Assembly (NCBI GenBank): GCA_965249575.1
Contig: OZ252244.1
Coordinates: forward strand, 2,336,001-2,400,000
DNA: 64,000 nt
Source of the DNA: Gemmatimonadales bacterium
Lineage (GTDB): Bacteria; Gemmatimonadota; Gemmatimonadetes; Gemmatimonadales; GWC2-71-9
Reading direction: 5' to 3'
Shown here: positions 8,906 to 18,368 of the stretch, piece after piece
Layout of the letters: each line of letters starts with the position of its first letter
How positions within the stretch are numbered: the first letter of the stretch is position 1
Notes under the pieces: generated by a model
What the model was told of the DNA's origin: nothing
The model's input: the letters and a program-made list of their open reading frames with translations, nothing else
Database searches by the model: none
Made by a program: the position numbers and the translations under genes

Positions 8906-11065
8906 ATGTGGCAACGTCTGTTGGGGTCTGGCTCTGCGGTCGGGGCCTTCGTCGCTCGCCCGCCGGTCCGCAGAGCACTCACCGTGGGTGTGCTCGCCGT
9001 GTTGGGGCTGGGCATCGGCGGCGCGTACGGGTCCTGGACCCGCGCTTGTGCCGGCGGGGCGTGCCCGTCGATTGGCATCCTCGAAACCTATCGGCCAGCC
9101 CAAGCCGCCAAGATCTACGCCGCCGACGGCCGTCTCATCGTCGACCTCGGTATCGAGCGGCGGACGGTCTTGCGTCTGGACGAAATGGCTCCGGAAGTCA
9201 GGGCCGCCTTTCTCGCCGTCGAGGACAAGCGCTTCTACGAGCACCGCGGCATCGATGCACGAAGGATCTTGGGCGCGATCAAAGCGGACGTTCTCGCACG
9301 ACGGTTCGCGCAGGGGTTTTCCACGATCTCCATGCAGCTCGCCCGGAGCGTCTTTCGCGAGCACCTGCCCGCCGCCAAAGATCCCCGGCGAAAGCTTCGC
9401 GAAATCCAGGTGGCGCTAGAGCTCGAGCGCACGTACGGCAAGGACAAGATTTTCGAGCTCTACTTGAACCAGATTTGGCTTGGTACGGGACACGGTGTCG
9501 AGAGCGCTGCCCAGCGCTATTTCGGCAAGTCGGCCAGCTCCCTCAACGTCGCCGAAGCAGCGCTGCTCGCCGGGATCAACCAGCGACCGGCCCGCTACGA
9601 TCCCCGCAAGTATCCCGGGCGGGCCGCCCGCCGCCGCAACGTTGTGATCAACCTCTTGCGGGATCAGGGGTTCATCGATCGGGGCGAGGCCGAGCGATGG
9701 AAAGCACACCCGATCATCCTCAGCTCGCGCCAGGACTTCGCGGGCGTCGCCCCGTATTTCGTGGAGTGGGTCCGCAAACAGCTCTTCGATCGATTTGGGC
9801 GTGACCTCTACGATCGGGGCTACCGCGTCTACACGACGCTCGACCTCGACATGCAGCTTGCGGCGGAGCGCGCGCTCGAGGACCAGCTCTCGGCGATCGA
9901 GCGCGCGGATTACGGCCCCTATCAGCACCCATCGTACCAGCAGTACCTCGACAGCGTCGGTGGAGCGCAGGGGGACCATACGACCACGCCGTACCTCCAG
10001 GGCGCCCTGGTGACGCTGGAGGCCACGACTGGACACGTACTCGCGATGGTGGGTGGCAGGGATTTCGATGACTCGAAGTTCAATCGGGCCACGCAAGCTC
10101 GGCGGCAGGCCGGATCGACGTTCAAGCCGTTCGTCTATTCCTCGGCTATCCGCGCTGGGAAGCCGGCCAGTCATATGATCGATGACCACCCGATCAGCCT
10201 GATGCAAAACGATTCGCTGCCCTGGGAGCCACAGAATTACGAGAGCGATTTCCGCGGCCCAATGACGCTGCGTCGCGGTTTGCAGATTTCGCGCAACCTC
10301 GTCGCCATCCGGCTCGGCCTCGAGCTCGGGGTGCAGCCGGTGATTGGAGAGGCGGTGCGATATGGGATCTCGACTCCACTCCCGGCCTTTCCTTCCGTGT
10401 TCATTGGGGCGGCGTCGGTCATCCCGATCGAAATGGTCTCAGCTTATACCGCGTTCGCAACGCTCGGCGAGCGGGCCGCGCCGCTGGGCATTCTTCGAGT
10501 CGAGGACGAGAAGGGCAACATCGTCTGGCAGCCTCAGCAGCGTCGCGACCGCGTCATGGATGGAGTGCACGCATGGCTCGTGAGCAGCATGCTGCAGAAC
10601 GTGGTGGACCGTGGCACCGCTTACACCGCCGTTCGGGGCGGAGGGTTCATGCTCCCAGCCGGCGGTAAGACCGGTACCACCGACGACGGTACCGACGTGT
10701 GGTTCATTGGGTTCACCCCAGAGCTCGTGACCGGTGTGTGGATGGGCCTCGACCAACCACTCAAGATCAAGGCCAACGCGGCCGGCGGGAGGCTCGCTGC
10801 CCCCGCCTGGACTGCCTTCATGAAGGAAGTTTACGAACGCAGACCGGCACCCGACCGGTGGGAGCGCCCGGATGCGTTGATCACCCGCGAGATCGACCAG
10901 ACGACCGGTTTCCTGGCGACGCCGTTTTGCCCGCGCAGCGCGAAGTACTGGGAGTGGTTTGTCCCTGGCACGGAACCCACGGAGTATTGTCCGATTCACT
11001 CGCCGTTCGCTCGCGGCGTGACGATTTCACCCCTACCGACGGGGGGTACGCGGGGCCGTCCCTGA
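8906..11065 (+). CDS. class A penicillin-binding protein (PBP1A family)
   Basis: EDKRFYEHRG and GFSTISMQLAR (transglycosylase); STFK, SRN, KTGT (transpeptidase); N-terminal TM anchor. Confidence 0.95.
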   Translation: MWQRLLGSGSAVGAFVARPPVRRALTVGVLAVLGLGIGGAYGSWTRACAGGACPSIGILETYRPAQAAKIYAADGRLIVDLGIERRTVLRLDEMAPEVRAAFLAVEDKRFYEHRGIDARRILGAIKADVLARRFAQGFSTISMQLARSVFREHLPAAKDPRRKLREIQVALELERTYGKDKIFELYLNQIWLGTGHGVESAAQRYFGKSASSLNVAEAALLAGINQRPARYDPRKYPGRAARRRNVVINLLRDQGFIDRGEAERWKAHPIILSSRQDFAGVAPYFVEWVRKQLFDRFGRDLYDRGYRVYTTLDLDMQLAAERALEDQLSAIERADYGPYQHPSYQQYLDSVGGAQGDHTTTPYLQGALVTLEATTGHVLAMVGGRDFDDSKFNRATQARRQAGSTFKPFVYSSAIRAGKPASHMIDDHPISLMQNDSLPWEPQNYESDFRGPMTLRRGLQISRNLVAIRLGLELGVQPVIGEAVRYGISTPLPAFPSVFIGAASVIPIEMVSAYTAFATLGERAAPLGILRVEDEKGNIVWQPQQRRDRVMDGVHAWLVSSMLQNVVDRGTAYTAVRGGGFMLPAGGKTGTTDDGTDVWFIGFTPELVTGVWMGLDQPLKIKANAAGGRLAAPAWTAFMKEVYERRPAPDRWERPDALITREIDQTTGFLATPFCPRSAKYWEWFVPGTEPTEYCPIHSPFARGVTISPLPTGGTRGRP

Positions 11066-12345
11066 GCGCGGTCCGCATAGCCGCGGGCGCGGTGTGGCCC
11101 GTATCCAGCCCACCCATCGTCCGCGGGGCACTCCTCATATCCGAGACGGGGCGTATCGTCGGTGTCGGCCCGGACGATCGCGTGCCGCAGCCCGAGGGCA
11201 TCCATTCGATCGTGCTCCCCGACACCGCGGTGGCTCCGGGACTGATCAACGCGCATACCCACCTGGAGCTGACCGCATTCCGTGATCGGGTTTCGGAAGG
11301 CGACTTCTTCGCCTGGATTCAGCACATCCGTCGAGCGAAACGAGCGCTCAGCGTCGATGCGTTTGTGGAGGCGGCGGGCGAGGGACTGCGCGAGTGCTGG
11401 CGCCTGGGGGTCACGACCGTGGCGGACACAGGGGATACCGGGGCTACGGCCGCGGCCCTGGGGCGCATGGGCGGGCGCGGGATCGCTTACCAGGAGGTGT
11501 TCGGTCCGCATCCGGATCAAGCGGAACACGCGATGGTCAACCTGATCGCCTCCGTCGATCGATTGGCGCGGGACGTGCCGGACTCCGTGACGATCGGCGT
11601 CTCGCCCCACGCGCCCTACACGGTAAGCGGGGCGCTGTTCGAGCGCGTCGCCGCGTTCGCCTCGAGCGAGGGCCTCCCAGTGGCGGTGCACATCGCGGAG
11701 TCCCCAGCCGAGATGGAGTTCGTCACCAGGGGCGGTGGACCATTCGCAGCGTCGTGGCGTTCCCGCGGCATACCGATTCCCGAATCCAGCCACTCCGCGG
11801 TCGCATTCCTCGGGCGGCACGGCGTTTTGAGCTCGAACCTCTTGTGTATTCACGCGGTGCAAACAGACGAGCGCGACCTGGCTGCCCTACGGGACGCCGG
11901 CTCGGCCATTGCCCTGTGCCCACGGTCGAACCGGCGACACGGACACGGAGCATCCCCGGTGGCGGCGTGCGTTTCCGCGGGTCTCCGCTGCGGGCTCGGA
12001 ACTGATTCGGTGGCGAGTGTACCCTCGACGGACATGTTCGCCGAGGTGCGCGAAGCGATGGCCGTTGCGAACCTCAGCCCGGAGCAGGGTATGCGGCTGG
12101 CGACAATGGACGCGGCCCGGGCGATCGGGCTTGGGGACGAGATCGGCACGCTCGAGTCCGGGAAATGGGCGGACCTCTGCTTCATCCGCATGGACACCAA
12201 CGGGCCGCTCACCGACGAAGAGGTGATGAAACGGGTCACCAGTACGCAACCCGACGGTATCGAGGGGGCGTGGGTGGCGGGACGGTGCCGCTCCGGCCGT
12301 CCCGCAGGGATCGAGTCGTTGTCTCCGGAGGGCCGCGGCACATGA
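11062..12345 (+). CDS. metal-dependent amidohydrolase (aminodeoxyfutalosine/MTA-SAH deaminase-like)
   Basis: PGLINAHTHLE, SPHAPYT, HIAES, IHAV, GLGTDS, GKWADL. Start inferred at a CTG overlapping the PBP stop. Confidence 0.85.
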   Translation: MSAVRIAAGAVWPVSSPPIVRGALLISETGRIVGVGPDDRVPQPEGIHSIVLPDTAVAPGLINAHTHLELTAFRDRVSEGDFFAWIQHIRRAKRALSVDAFVEAAGEGLRECWRLGVTTVADTGDTGATAAALGRMGGRGIAYQEVFGPHPDQAEHAMVNLIASVDRLARDVPDSVTIGVSPHAPYTVSGALFERVAAFASSEGLPVAVHIAESPAEMEFVTRGGGPFAASWRSRGIPIPESSHSAVAFLGRHGVLSSNLLCIHAVQTDERDLAALRDAGSAIALCPRSNRRHGHGASPVAACVSAGLRCGLGTDSVASVPSTDMFAEVREAMAVANLSPEQGMRLATMDAARAIGLGDEIGTLESGKWADLCFIRMDTNGPLTDEEVMKRVTSTQPDGIEGAWVAGRCRSGRPAGIESLSPEGRGT

Positions 12346-12791
12346 AGGCGCAGCGCCGGGCCGCGATCTTGGATTTGGTGCGCAAGCACAAGGTCCGGAG
12401 CCAGGCCCAGCTACGCGAGCTACTGCAGTCCCACGGGATCGACGTCACACAGGCGACCCTCTCCCGGGACATCCATGACCTCCGGCTGTCCAAGGTCGCG
12501 GACCCGACGGGCGGTTCGCGGTATGTAGTTCGAGACGCAGGGGACCTGCTGCACCCGCGGCTGGAGCAGCTCCTGCCGGCGCTCATGGTCTCTCTCGACG
12601 GCGTTGGGCCGTTCCTGGTTGTGAAGACACCAGCCGGCAGTGCTGAGGCACTCGGCAGTGCCCTAGACCGGCAGGATTGGCCCGAGGTGATCGGGTGCAT
12701 CGCGGGTGACGACACGATGCTGATCATTACCCGTAGCGACCGCGCCCGACGGGCCGTGGCCGCGCGGCTGCGTCGCCACGCCCGGCCTTGA
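12342..12791 (+). CDS. argR: arginine repressor
   Basis: VTQATLSRDI winged HTH, VKTPAGSA, GCIAGDDT Arg-binding motif. Confidence 0.96.
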   Translation: MKAQRRAAILDLVRKHKVRSQAQLRELLQSHGIDVTQATLSRDIHDLRLSKVADPTGGSRYVVRDAGDLLHPRLEQLLPALMVSLDGVGPFLVVKTPAGSAEALGSALDRQDWPEVIGCIAGDDTMLIITRSDRARRAVAARLRRHARP

Positions 12792-12843
12792 CCTGGGGCG
12801 ACTTGGATGTATTTTTATTCAGTGATCTGCATATAGATACGAC
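12788..12843 (+). promoter_or_regulatory. sigma70-type promoter overlapped by tandem ARG boxes (ArgR operator)
   Basis: TTGACC-16-TATTTT; TGTATTTTTATTCA (12808-12821) and TGCATATAGATACG (12828-12841) resemble TGAATWWWWATTCA; AT-rich patch between argR and the arg operon. Confidence 0.85.
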
Positions 12844-12926
12844 GCCTCCATGAGGGGGCTGCGGGGCCGTTGCCTGGCACAGGGTGCGGGCCCCGTCGTC
12901 ATCTGATGTTGGGTTAGGAGCCAGCC

Positions 12927-14000
12927 ATGCTAGCTGCCGGTGGGAAGCCCATCGCCGCCGCCATTGAGCGCGTGACGGTCCACAAGATCGCGTCCTCGAC
13001 GGGCGGTCGCGTTGGGGAGCGGGAGGTGGATATCGTGCCCGGGGGCGCGGTGCGTTCGGGAGACATCGTGGTCGTAAGGGCGCTGGAAGAAAAGCGAGTC
13101 TACGATCAGCTCGAGCTCATCACTGGAAGGCTCGCGCACATTTCGCGGGACGACGTGATCGTTGGGACCCTCGGGGCGCGGCAGGCGTTGCGGGGCTTCG
13201 TGGGAGACTGCCCCGACCGGGTCCAGGCGGGGGACGTATTGCACGTCCTGAACATGGGTGGGGTCGTCGGGCTCGCGACCTCGGTGAACCGGGACTTTGG
13301 TCCGCCGCTACGCGTCGAGGTGCTGGGAGTGGCCGTGCGCGAGGGCAAGCTGCTCAACATCGCCGATGGGGCGGTGCCGGCGGCCGAGCGACTCGAGGAC
13401 ACCCTTCCGCTCATCGTCGTGGCGGGAACGTGCATGGCGTCGGGAAAGACTCGGGCGGCCTGCGAGATTGTGGCGCAGCTGAACCAGCGCGGGTTCCGGC
13501 TGGGCGCGCTCAAGCTGTCCGGCGTCGCGGCACTACGAGACACCCTCAACATGGAGGATCACGGCGCGGTTCGCTCGCGCAGCTTCCTCGACGCCGGGTA
13601 TCCGTCGACCGCGGGCTTCACCGACCTCGCTCCCATGGGGAAGGGTCTCATCAATGACATCTCCGACTCCTCTCTCGACGCAATCGTCGTCGAGATGGGC
13701 GACGGAATCATTGGTGGGTACGGGGTCGCTTCGTTCTATGCTGACCGGGAGCTCCGGGATGCCATCTCGGCACACGTCATGTGCGCGAACGACCTCGTGG
13801 CCGCATGGGGTGCGCGACAGCTCGCGGAGGGATTCGGACGGACCATCGACGTCATGAGTGGTCCGGCAACGGACAACGCGGTCGGCGAACGGTACGTGGA
13901 GAACGAGCTGGGAGTTCCGGCGGCAAACGCCCGTACGAAGGGCGAGCGGCTGGCCGACCTGGTGGCTACGCATTGCTTCGAAGCGGGTGCCGCCCGGTGA
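12927..14000 (+). CDS. uncharacterised P-loop protein, DUF1611/DgcN-like; first gene of the arg operon
   Basis: AGGAG SD; AGTCMASGKT P-loop, KLSG, IVVEMGDG; its stop overlaps the argC start (GTGA). Family assignment is from recall. Confidence 0.75.
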   Translation: MLAAGGKPIAAAIERVTVHKIASSTGGRVGEREVDIVPGGAVRSGDIVVVRALEEKRVYDQLELITGRLAHISRDDVIVGTLGARQALRGFVGDCPDRVQAGDVLHVLNMGGVVGLATSVNRDFGPPLRVEVLGVAVREGKLLNIADGAVPAAERLEDTLPLIVVAGTCMASGKTRAACEIVAQLNQRGFRLGALKLSGVAALRDTLNMEDHGAVRSRSFLDAGYPSTAGFTDLAPMGKGLINDISDSSLDAIVVEMGDGIIGGYGVASFYADRELRDAISAHVMCANDLVAAWGARQLAEGFGRTIDVMSGPATDNAVGERYVENELGVPAANARTKGERLADLVATHCFEAGAAR

Positions 14001-14980
14001 TCAACGCGGCCGTGTACGGTGCGCGGGGTTACGGGGGGGGCGAGCTCCTGCGCCTGTTGCTGACACACCCGGACGTTTCCGTAGCACAGGCGACGTCACG
14101 GGAGCCCGGAGGGCGCCTCGATGAGATGCACCCCGGCCTCCGGGGACTTACGGACTTGATTCTCGACGAGAGCAAGCCGGAGGCCCTCGGTGCCACGCTG
14201 GACGCCGTCTTTCTCGCGTTGCCGCACGGCGAATCCACGGCGGTGGCGGACGCTGTCTCTTCGCGCTGTCCCAAAGCCAGGGTTTTCGACCTCGCTCAGG
14301 ACTTTCGTACCGGCCACGAGGCCAACGGATGGGTGTATGGGTTTCCGGAGATGACCCGGTCGGAGCTTGCAACGGCGCAACGAATTGCATGTCCCGGGTG
14401 TTTCGCGACCGCCATTCTGCTCGGCACCGTCCCCGCATTCAATGCGGGCCTGGCGCCCCAGCGCGTCATCGTCGACGCCAAAACCGGTTCTTCGGGCAGT
14501 GGTGCTGAGCCTAAGGCCGGGACCCACCACCCCGTACGCACCTCCACGCTGCGTGCCTACAAGGTCTTCGACCACCAGCACGAGCGGGAAATCCAGGCGG
14601 CGTGGTCCTGCTTCGGCAAGGTGGACGAGCTCCCGCGACTCTCGTTCGTGCCGCAATCCGCACCCCTCGTTCGCGGCATTTACGCTTGTTGCTACCTCGT
14701 CTACGGCGATGAATCGCCCGCAGGGGTGCGGGACGCTTATCAGGAATTCTACCGGGACTCGCCGTTCGTGCGGGTCACGGCCGACCCCCCCAACGTGCTA
14801 CACGTCAGGGGCACGAACAACGCGGACTTGTTCATTCAGGATGACGGAGGAGTGGTGCTCGCAATCGCAGCGATCGACAACCTCGTGCGGGGCGCCGCTG
14901 GCCAGGCAGTACAGTGCATGAACCTGGCGTTCGGACTACCGGAAGAGCGTGGGCTCCGGCTCACGGCGCTCGTGCCGTGA
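13997..14980 (+). CDS. argC: N-acetyl-gamma-glutamyl-phosphate reductase
   Basis: GARGYGGGEL, FLALPHG, IACPGCFAT (catalytic Cys), IDNLVRGAAGQAVQ. Confidence 0.95.
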   Translation: MINAAVYGARGYGGGELLRLLLTHPDVSVAQATSREPGGRLDEMHPGLRGLTDLILDESKPEALGATLDAVFLALPHGESTAVADAVSSRCPKARVFDLAQDFRTGHEANGWVYGFPEMTRSELATAQRIACPGCFATAILLGTVPAFNAGLAPQRVIVDAKTGSSGSGAEPKAGTHHPVRTSTLRAYKVFDHQHEREIQAAWSCFGKVDELPRLSFVPQSAPLVRGIYACCYLVYGDESPAGVRDAYQEFYRDSPFVRVTADPPNVLHVRGTNNADLFIQDDGGVVLAIAAIDNLVRGAAGQAVQCMNLAFGLPEERGLRLTALVP

Positions 14981-16194
14981 CCGACGCGCAGACTGGAGCC
15001 GACCAGACTGTGGCCGCGCTCGCCGATATCGAGCTGCTGCGAGAGCGGGCCGAACGGAGCGAGTTGGGGGTCTACGCGCGCATGCCGGTGGTCCCGGTGC
15101 GTGGCGAGGGCTGTTACCTGTTCGACGCCCATGGCGAGCGTTACCTCGATTTTTACGGAGGGCACGCAGTCGCTCTCACGGGCCACTGTCACCCCACCGT
15201 CGTCGACGCGATCGTCCGTCAGGCACGAGAGCTCTTGTTTTACTCCAGCGCCGTTCACTCGCCGGTCAGGGTAGCCGCGAGCGAGCTCCTGCTCCGCCAC
15301 GCCCCACACCCTGACTCTCGAGTTTTCCACTGCTGTTCGGGCGCGGAGGCCAACGAGGTGGCGTTCAAAATCGCTCGTAAGGCCACCGGCCGTCCAAACA
15401 TCGTCTCGTTCGAGGGTTCGTTTCACGGCCGTACGATCGGTGCGCTGTCCGCGGCGGGCATGGAGAAATACCGCGCGACCGCCGGTCCCGTGCTGGTCGA
15501 GGAGCACAAGTTCGTCCCCTTCGGCGACGTGGAGGCGCTGAGGAACGCCGTCGATGGTGACACCGCCGCGATCGTGTGCGAGACGATACAGTCGCTTGCC
15601 GGGGTGCATGCCGTGCCGGACGATTTCTTCACCACCCTGGCGAGCATCGCCGCTCAGCGCGGCGCGCTGACCATATTCGACGAGGTACAAAGCGGGCTCG
15701 GGCGCACCGGAACGTTCTTCTTCGCCGATGGCGTAGGTGTCCGTCCCGATCTTATCACGCTCGCCAAGGGCATCGCCAGCGGAGTCCCGGCCGGCGCGGT
15801 CGTCGTAGCGCCCCACCTGGCTGCACTGGCAGCGCTCGGCGATCACGGATCGACGTTCGGCGGTGGGCCCGTCGCGATGGCGGCCATGCGCGCCACGCTC
15901 GAGGTCATTGAGGATGAAGGGCTCGTTACCAACGCGCAACGGATGGGCCGGGTACTGCGCGATGCGATTACGTCGATTGCCGGTGTCAAGCAGCTCAGGG
16001 GGAAAGGCCTCCTACTCGGCATCGAGCTAGCCCGGCCCGCTCGCCCGATTCAGAGCGCGCTGCTCGACCGCAAGGTGATTACCGGAACGTCGGCCCAACC
16101 GGAGGTCCTCCGGCTCCTCCCACCCCTCATCGTCGGGGAGGCCGAGGTCGGCCTCTTTACCGACGCGCTGCACGGGGCCATAGACGATGCTTGA
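14977..16194 (+). CDS. argD: acetylornithine aminotransferase
   Basis: SGAEANE, SFHGRT, FDEVQSGLGRTG, LAKGIASG, HGSTFGG; position in the arg operon. Confidence 0.92.
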   Translation: MTDAQTGADQTVAALADIELLRERAERSELGVYARMPVVPVRGEGCYLFDAHGERYLDFYGGHAVALTGHCHPTVVDAIVRQARELLFYSSAVHSPVRVAASELLLRHAPHPDSRVFHCCSGAEANEVAFKIARKATGRPNIVSFEGSFHGRTIGALSAAGMEKYRATAGPVLVEEHKFVPFGDVEALRNAVDGDTAAIVCETIQSLAGVHAVPDDFFTTLASIAAQRGALTIFDEVQSGLGRTGTFFFADGVGVRPDLITLAKGIASGVPAGAVVVAPHLAALAALGDHGSTFGGGPVAMAAMRATLEVIEDEGLVTNAQRMGRVLRDAITSIAGVKQLRGKGLLLGIELARPARPIQSALLDRKVITGTSAQPEVLRLLPPLIVGEAEVGLFTDALHGAIDDA

Positions 16195-17095
16195 CGTCTC
16201 CATCCTCATTCAGGCGCTGCCGTACATCCGAGCGTTCCGGGATAAGGTGTTCGTGGTGAAGTTCGGTGGCGAGCTGTTGCGCGACCCCGAGCACCTGGAC
16301 GCGATCGCTGGAGATCTCACGCTGGTGCACATGGTGGGAGTTCGGTTGATCGTGGTGCACGGTGGCGGACCACAGGCCACGCAGCTCTCAGAGACGCTCG
16401 GCATCACGCCGCTGCTGGTGGGTGGGCGCCGCGTGACCGACGAGGCAACGCTCGAGGTCGCCAAGATGGTCTTTGCGGGGAAGATCAACACCGAGGTGCT
16501 GTCCGCGATTCACAAGCACGGCGCCAAAGGGGTTGGGCTCTCCGGGATCGACGGGGGCATCATCCGCGCCCACCGGCGACCGGTAACGACGGTGGTCGAG
16601 GATGGGCAGTCGCAGGAGGTCGACTTCGGGTTCGTGGGTGACATCGATGGGGTCGATCCCACCCTACCGCTGAACCTCGTCGACCGGGGATTCGTTCCGA
16701 TTGTGAGCCCGCTCGCCGCTGATCCGGAGGGAACGATCCTCAACGTGAACGCCGACACGATCGCAGCCGAGCTAGCGGCCAGCATGCAGGCGGAGAAGTT
16801 GATCGTGATGACTTCGGTCCCCGGTGTGTATCGGGACTACGAAACCAAGACCGAACTCCTCTCGTCGCTGACCCCGGCAGAGGCCTCGCGCCTCGTGGAG
16901 ACGGGCGCCGCCGGCTGGGGCATGCGACCCAAGCTCGATGCGTGCGTGAGTGCGGTGCGGCGCGGCGTGCGCCAGGCGCACATCATTAACGGGCTCACGC
17001 GCCATGCCCTCCTGATGGAGATTTTCACTGAGAAAGGCGTTGGCACGATGATCAAAGCGGACCGCGATGCGGTATCTGCCGAGTCGGCGACGTGA
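16187..17095 (+). CDS. argB: acetylglutamate kinase
   Basis: QALPYI, VKFGG, VHGGGPQ, GRRVTD, NVNAD, GMRPKL, EIFT..GVGT. Confidence 0.95.
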   Translation: MLDVSILIQALPYIRAFRDKVFVVKFGGELLRDPEHLDAIAGDLTLVHMVGVRLIVVHGGGPQATQLSETLGITPLLVGGRRVTDEATLEVAKMVFAGKINTEVLSAIHKHGAKGVGLSGIDGGIIRAHRRPVTTVVEDGQSQEVDFGFVGDIDGVDPTLPLNLVDRGFVPIVSPLAADPEGTILNVNADTIAAELAASMQAEKLIVMTSVPGVYRDYETKTELLSSLTPAEASRLVETGAAGWGMRPKLDACVSAVRRGVRQAHIINGLTRHALLMEIFTEKGVGTMIKADRDAVSAESAT

Positions 17096-17144
17096 CGGGG
17101 GGGGATTTGGGTTTCTTCCTCGCTGACGATTGGGAGTGGTGACC

Positions 17145-18368
17145 ATGGGCCCACTAGTAGTGCTTGCCTATTCCGGCGGGCTCGACACGTCGGCGATCGT
17201 GCCGTGGCTCAAGGAGAACTACGACGCAAGGGTGCTCTGCTACACGGCAGACGTTGGGCAGGGATCCGTAGAGGTGGAAGGGCTCGAAGCGAAAGCCGTG
17301 CGGTCAGGAGCCGTGGGTTGCATCGTAGATGATCTTCGGGAGCGGTTCGTTACCGAATTCGTCTTCCCGACGCTTCGATCGGGTGCCATATACGCGCGCA
17401 CGTACCTACTTGGCACGGCCATTGCCCGTCCCGTGACGGCGGCCGGGCAGGTGGCCGCCGCGCGAGAAGCGAACGCCGAGGCGGTCGCCCACGGCTGCAC
17501 CGGCAAGGGCAACGATCAGGTTCGATTCGAGTTGGCGTACCACGCACTGGGGCCCGGGCTCAAGGTCATCGCTCCCTGGCGAGAATGGGCCTTCCGGGGC
17601 CGCGAGGACCTGATCGCCTACCTTCGGGGAAAGGGCATGCCGGTCGACGCCTCATCGGCGAAGCAGTACAGCCGCGATCGCAACCTGTGGCATTGCTCGC
17701 ACGAAGGGGGGCCGTTGGAGGATCCGGCAACGTCTCCTCCCGCCGACCTCTTCCTGCTCACGCGAGATCCTGTCGATGCGCCGGCTAAACCGGACGAAAT
17801 CTCGATCGATTTCGAGCACGGCACCCCCATCGCTATCGACTCCGCTCCACTCGGACCGGTAGCGTTGCTCCAGCGCCTGAACGAGGTCGCCGGGCTCCAC
17901 GGAGTCGGGCGAGCGGACGTCGTTGAGGATCGTGTGGTGGGGATGAAATCCCGTGGCGTCTACGAAACACCGGGCGGCACCATTCTGCGAGCCGCGCACC
18001 GGGAGCTCGAGCAACTGGTGCTCGACCGCCGCACGCTGAGCCTCAAGGACCAGATCGCCCAGCGATACGCCGACCTGATCTACGAGGGCCGCTGGTGGAC
18101 GCTGGAGCGGGAAGCGCTCGATGGTTTGGTCGACGTTACCCAGCGCCGCGTCGTCGGATCGGTGCGGCTCCAACTCTACAAGGGGTCCGTCACAGCGCTA
18201 GCCCGGCGCAGCCCGTTTTCGCTGTACTCCGCGGATGCCGCCACGTTCGGTGGGGAAGGCTCGTACAATCAAGCCGACGCAACCGGCTTCATTCGATTGT
18301 ACGGATTGCCGGTTCGGGTCGATGCCGAAGTTCGGTCGCAGGCTCAGGTGGAGACGACCGCCGAATGA
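17145..18368 (+). CDS. argG: argininosuccinate synthase
   Basis: LAYSGGLDTS, HGCTGKGNDQVRFE, GMKSRGVYETPG. Confidence 0.97.
   Translation: MGPLVVLAYSGGLDTSAIVPWLKENYDARVLCYTADVGQGSVEVEGLEAKAVRSGAVGCIVDDLRERFVTEFVFPTLRSGAIYARTYLLGTAIARPVTAAGQVAAAREANAEAVAHGCTGKGNDQVRFELAYHALGPGLKVIAPWREWAFRGREDLIAYLRGKGMPVDASSAKQYSRDRNLWHCSHEGGPLEDPATSPPADLFLLTRDPVDAPAKPDEISIDFEHGTPIAIDSAPLGPVALLQRLNEVAGLHGVGRADVVEDRVVGMKSRGVYETPGGTILRAAHRELEQLVLDRRTLSLKDQIAQRYADLIYEGRWWTLEREALDGLVDVTQRRVVGSVRLQLYKGSVTALARRSPFSLYSADAATFGGEGSYNQADATGFIRLYGLPVRVDAEVRSQAQVETTAE

Noticed and set aside
2078..9804. Long antisense or alternate-frame ORFs (2078-3106, 3288-4610, 5443-6756, 8347-9804 and similar elsewhere)
   Set aside because: Shadow ORFs expected at high GC; they overlap well-supported genes and carry no motifs.
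11062..12345. Amidohydrolase as the missing acetylornithine deacetylase
   Set aside because: Motifs fit nucleoside deaminases and it lies upstream of the ARG boxes, so nothing supports the idea.
12927..17095. LysW/ArgX carrier-protein pathway
   Set aside because: No ATP-grasp ligase or small EDWGE-ending carrier is present, and ArgB is a standard acetylglutamate kinase.
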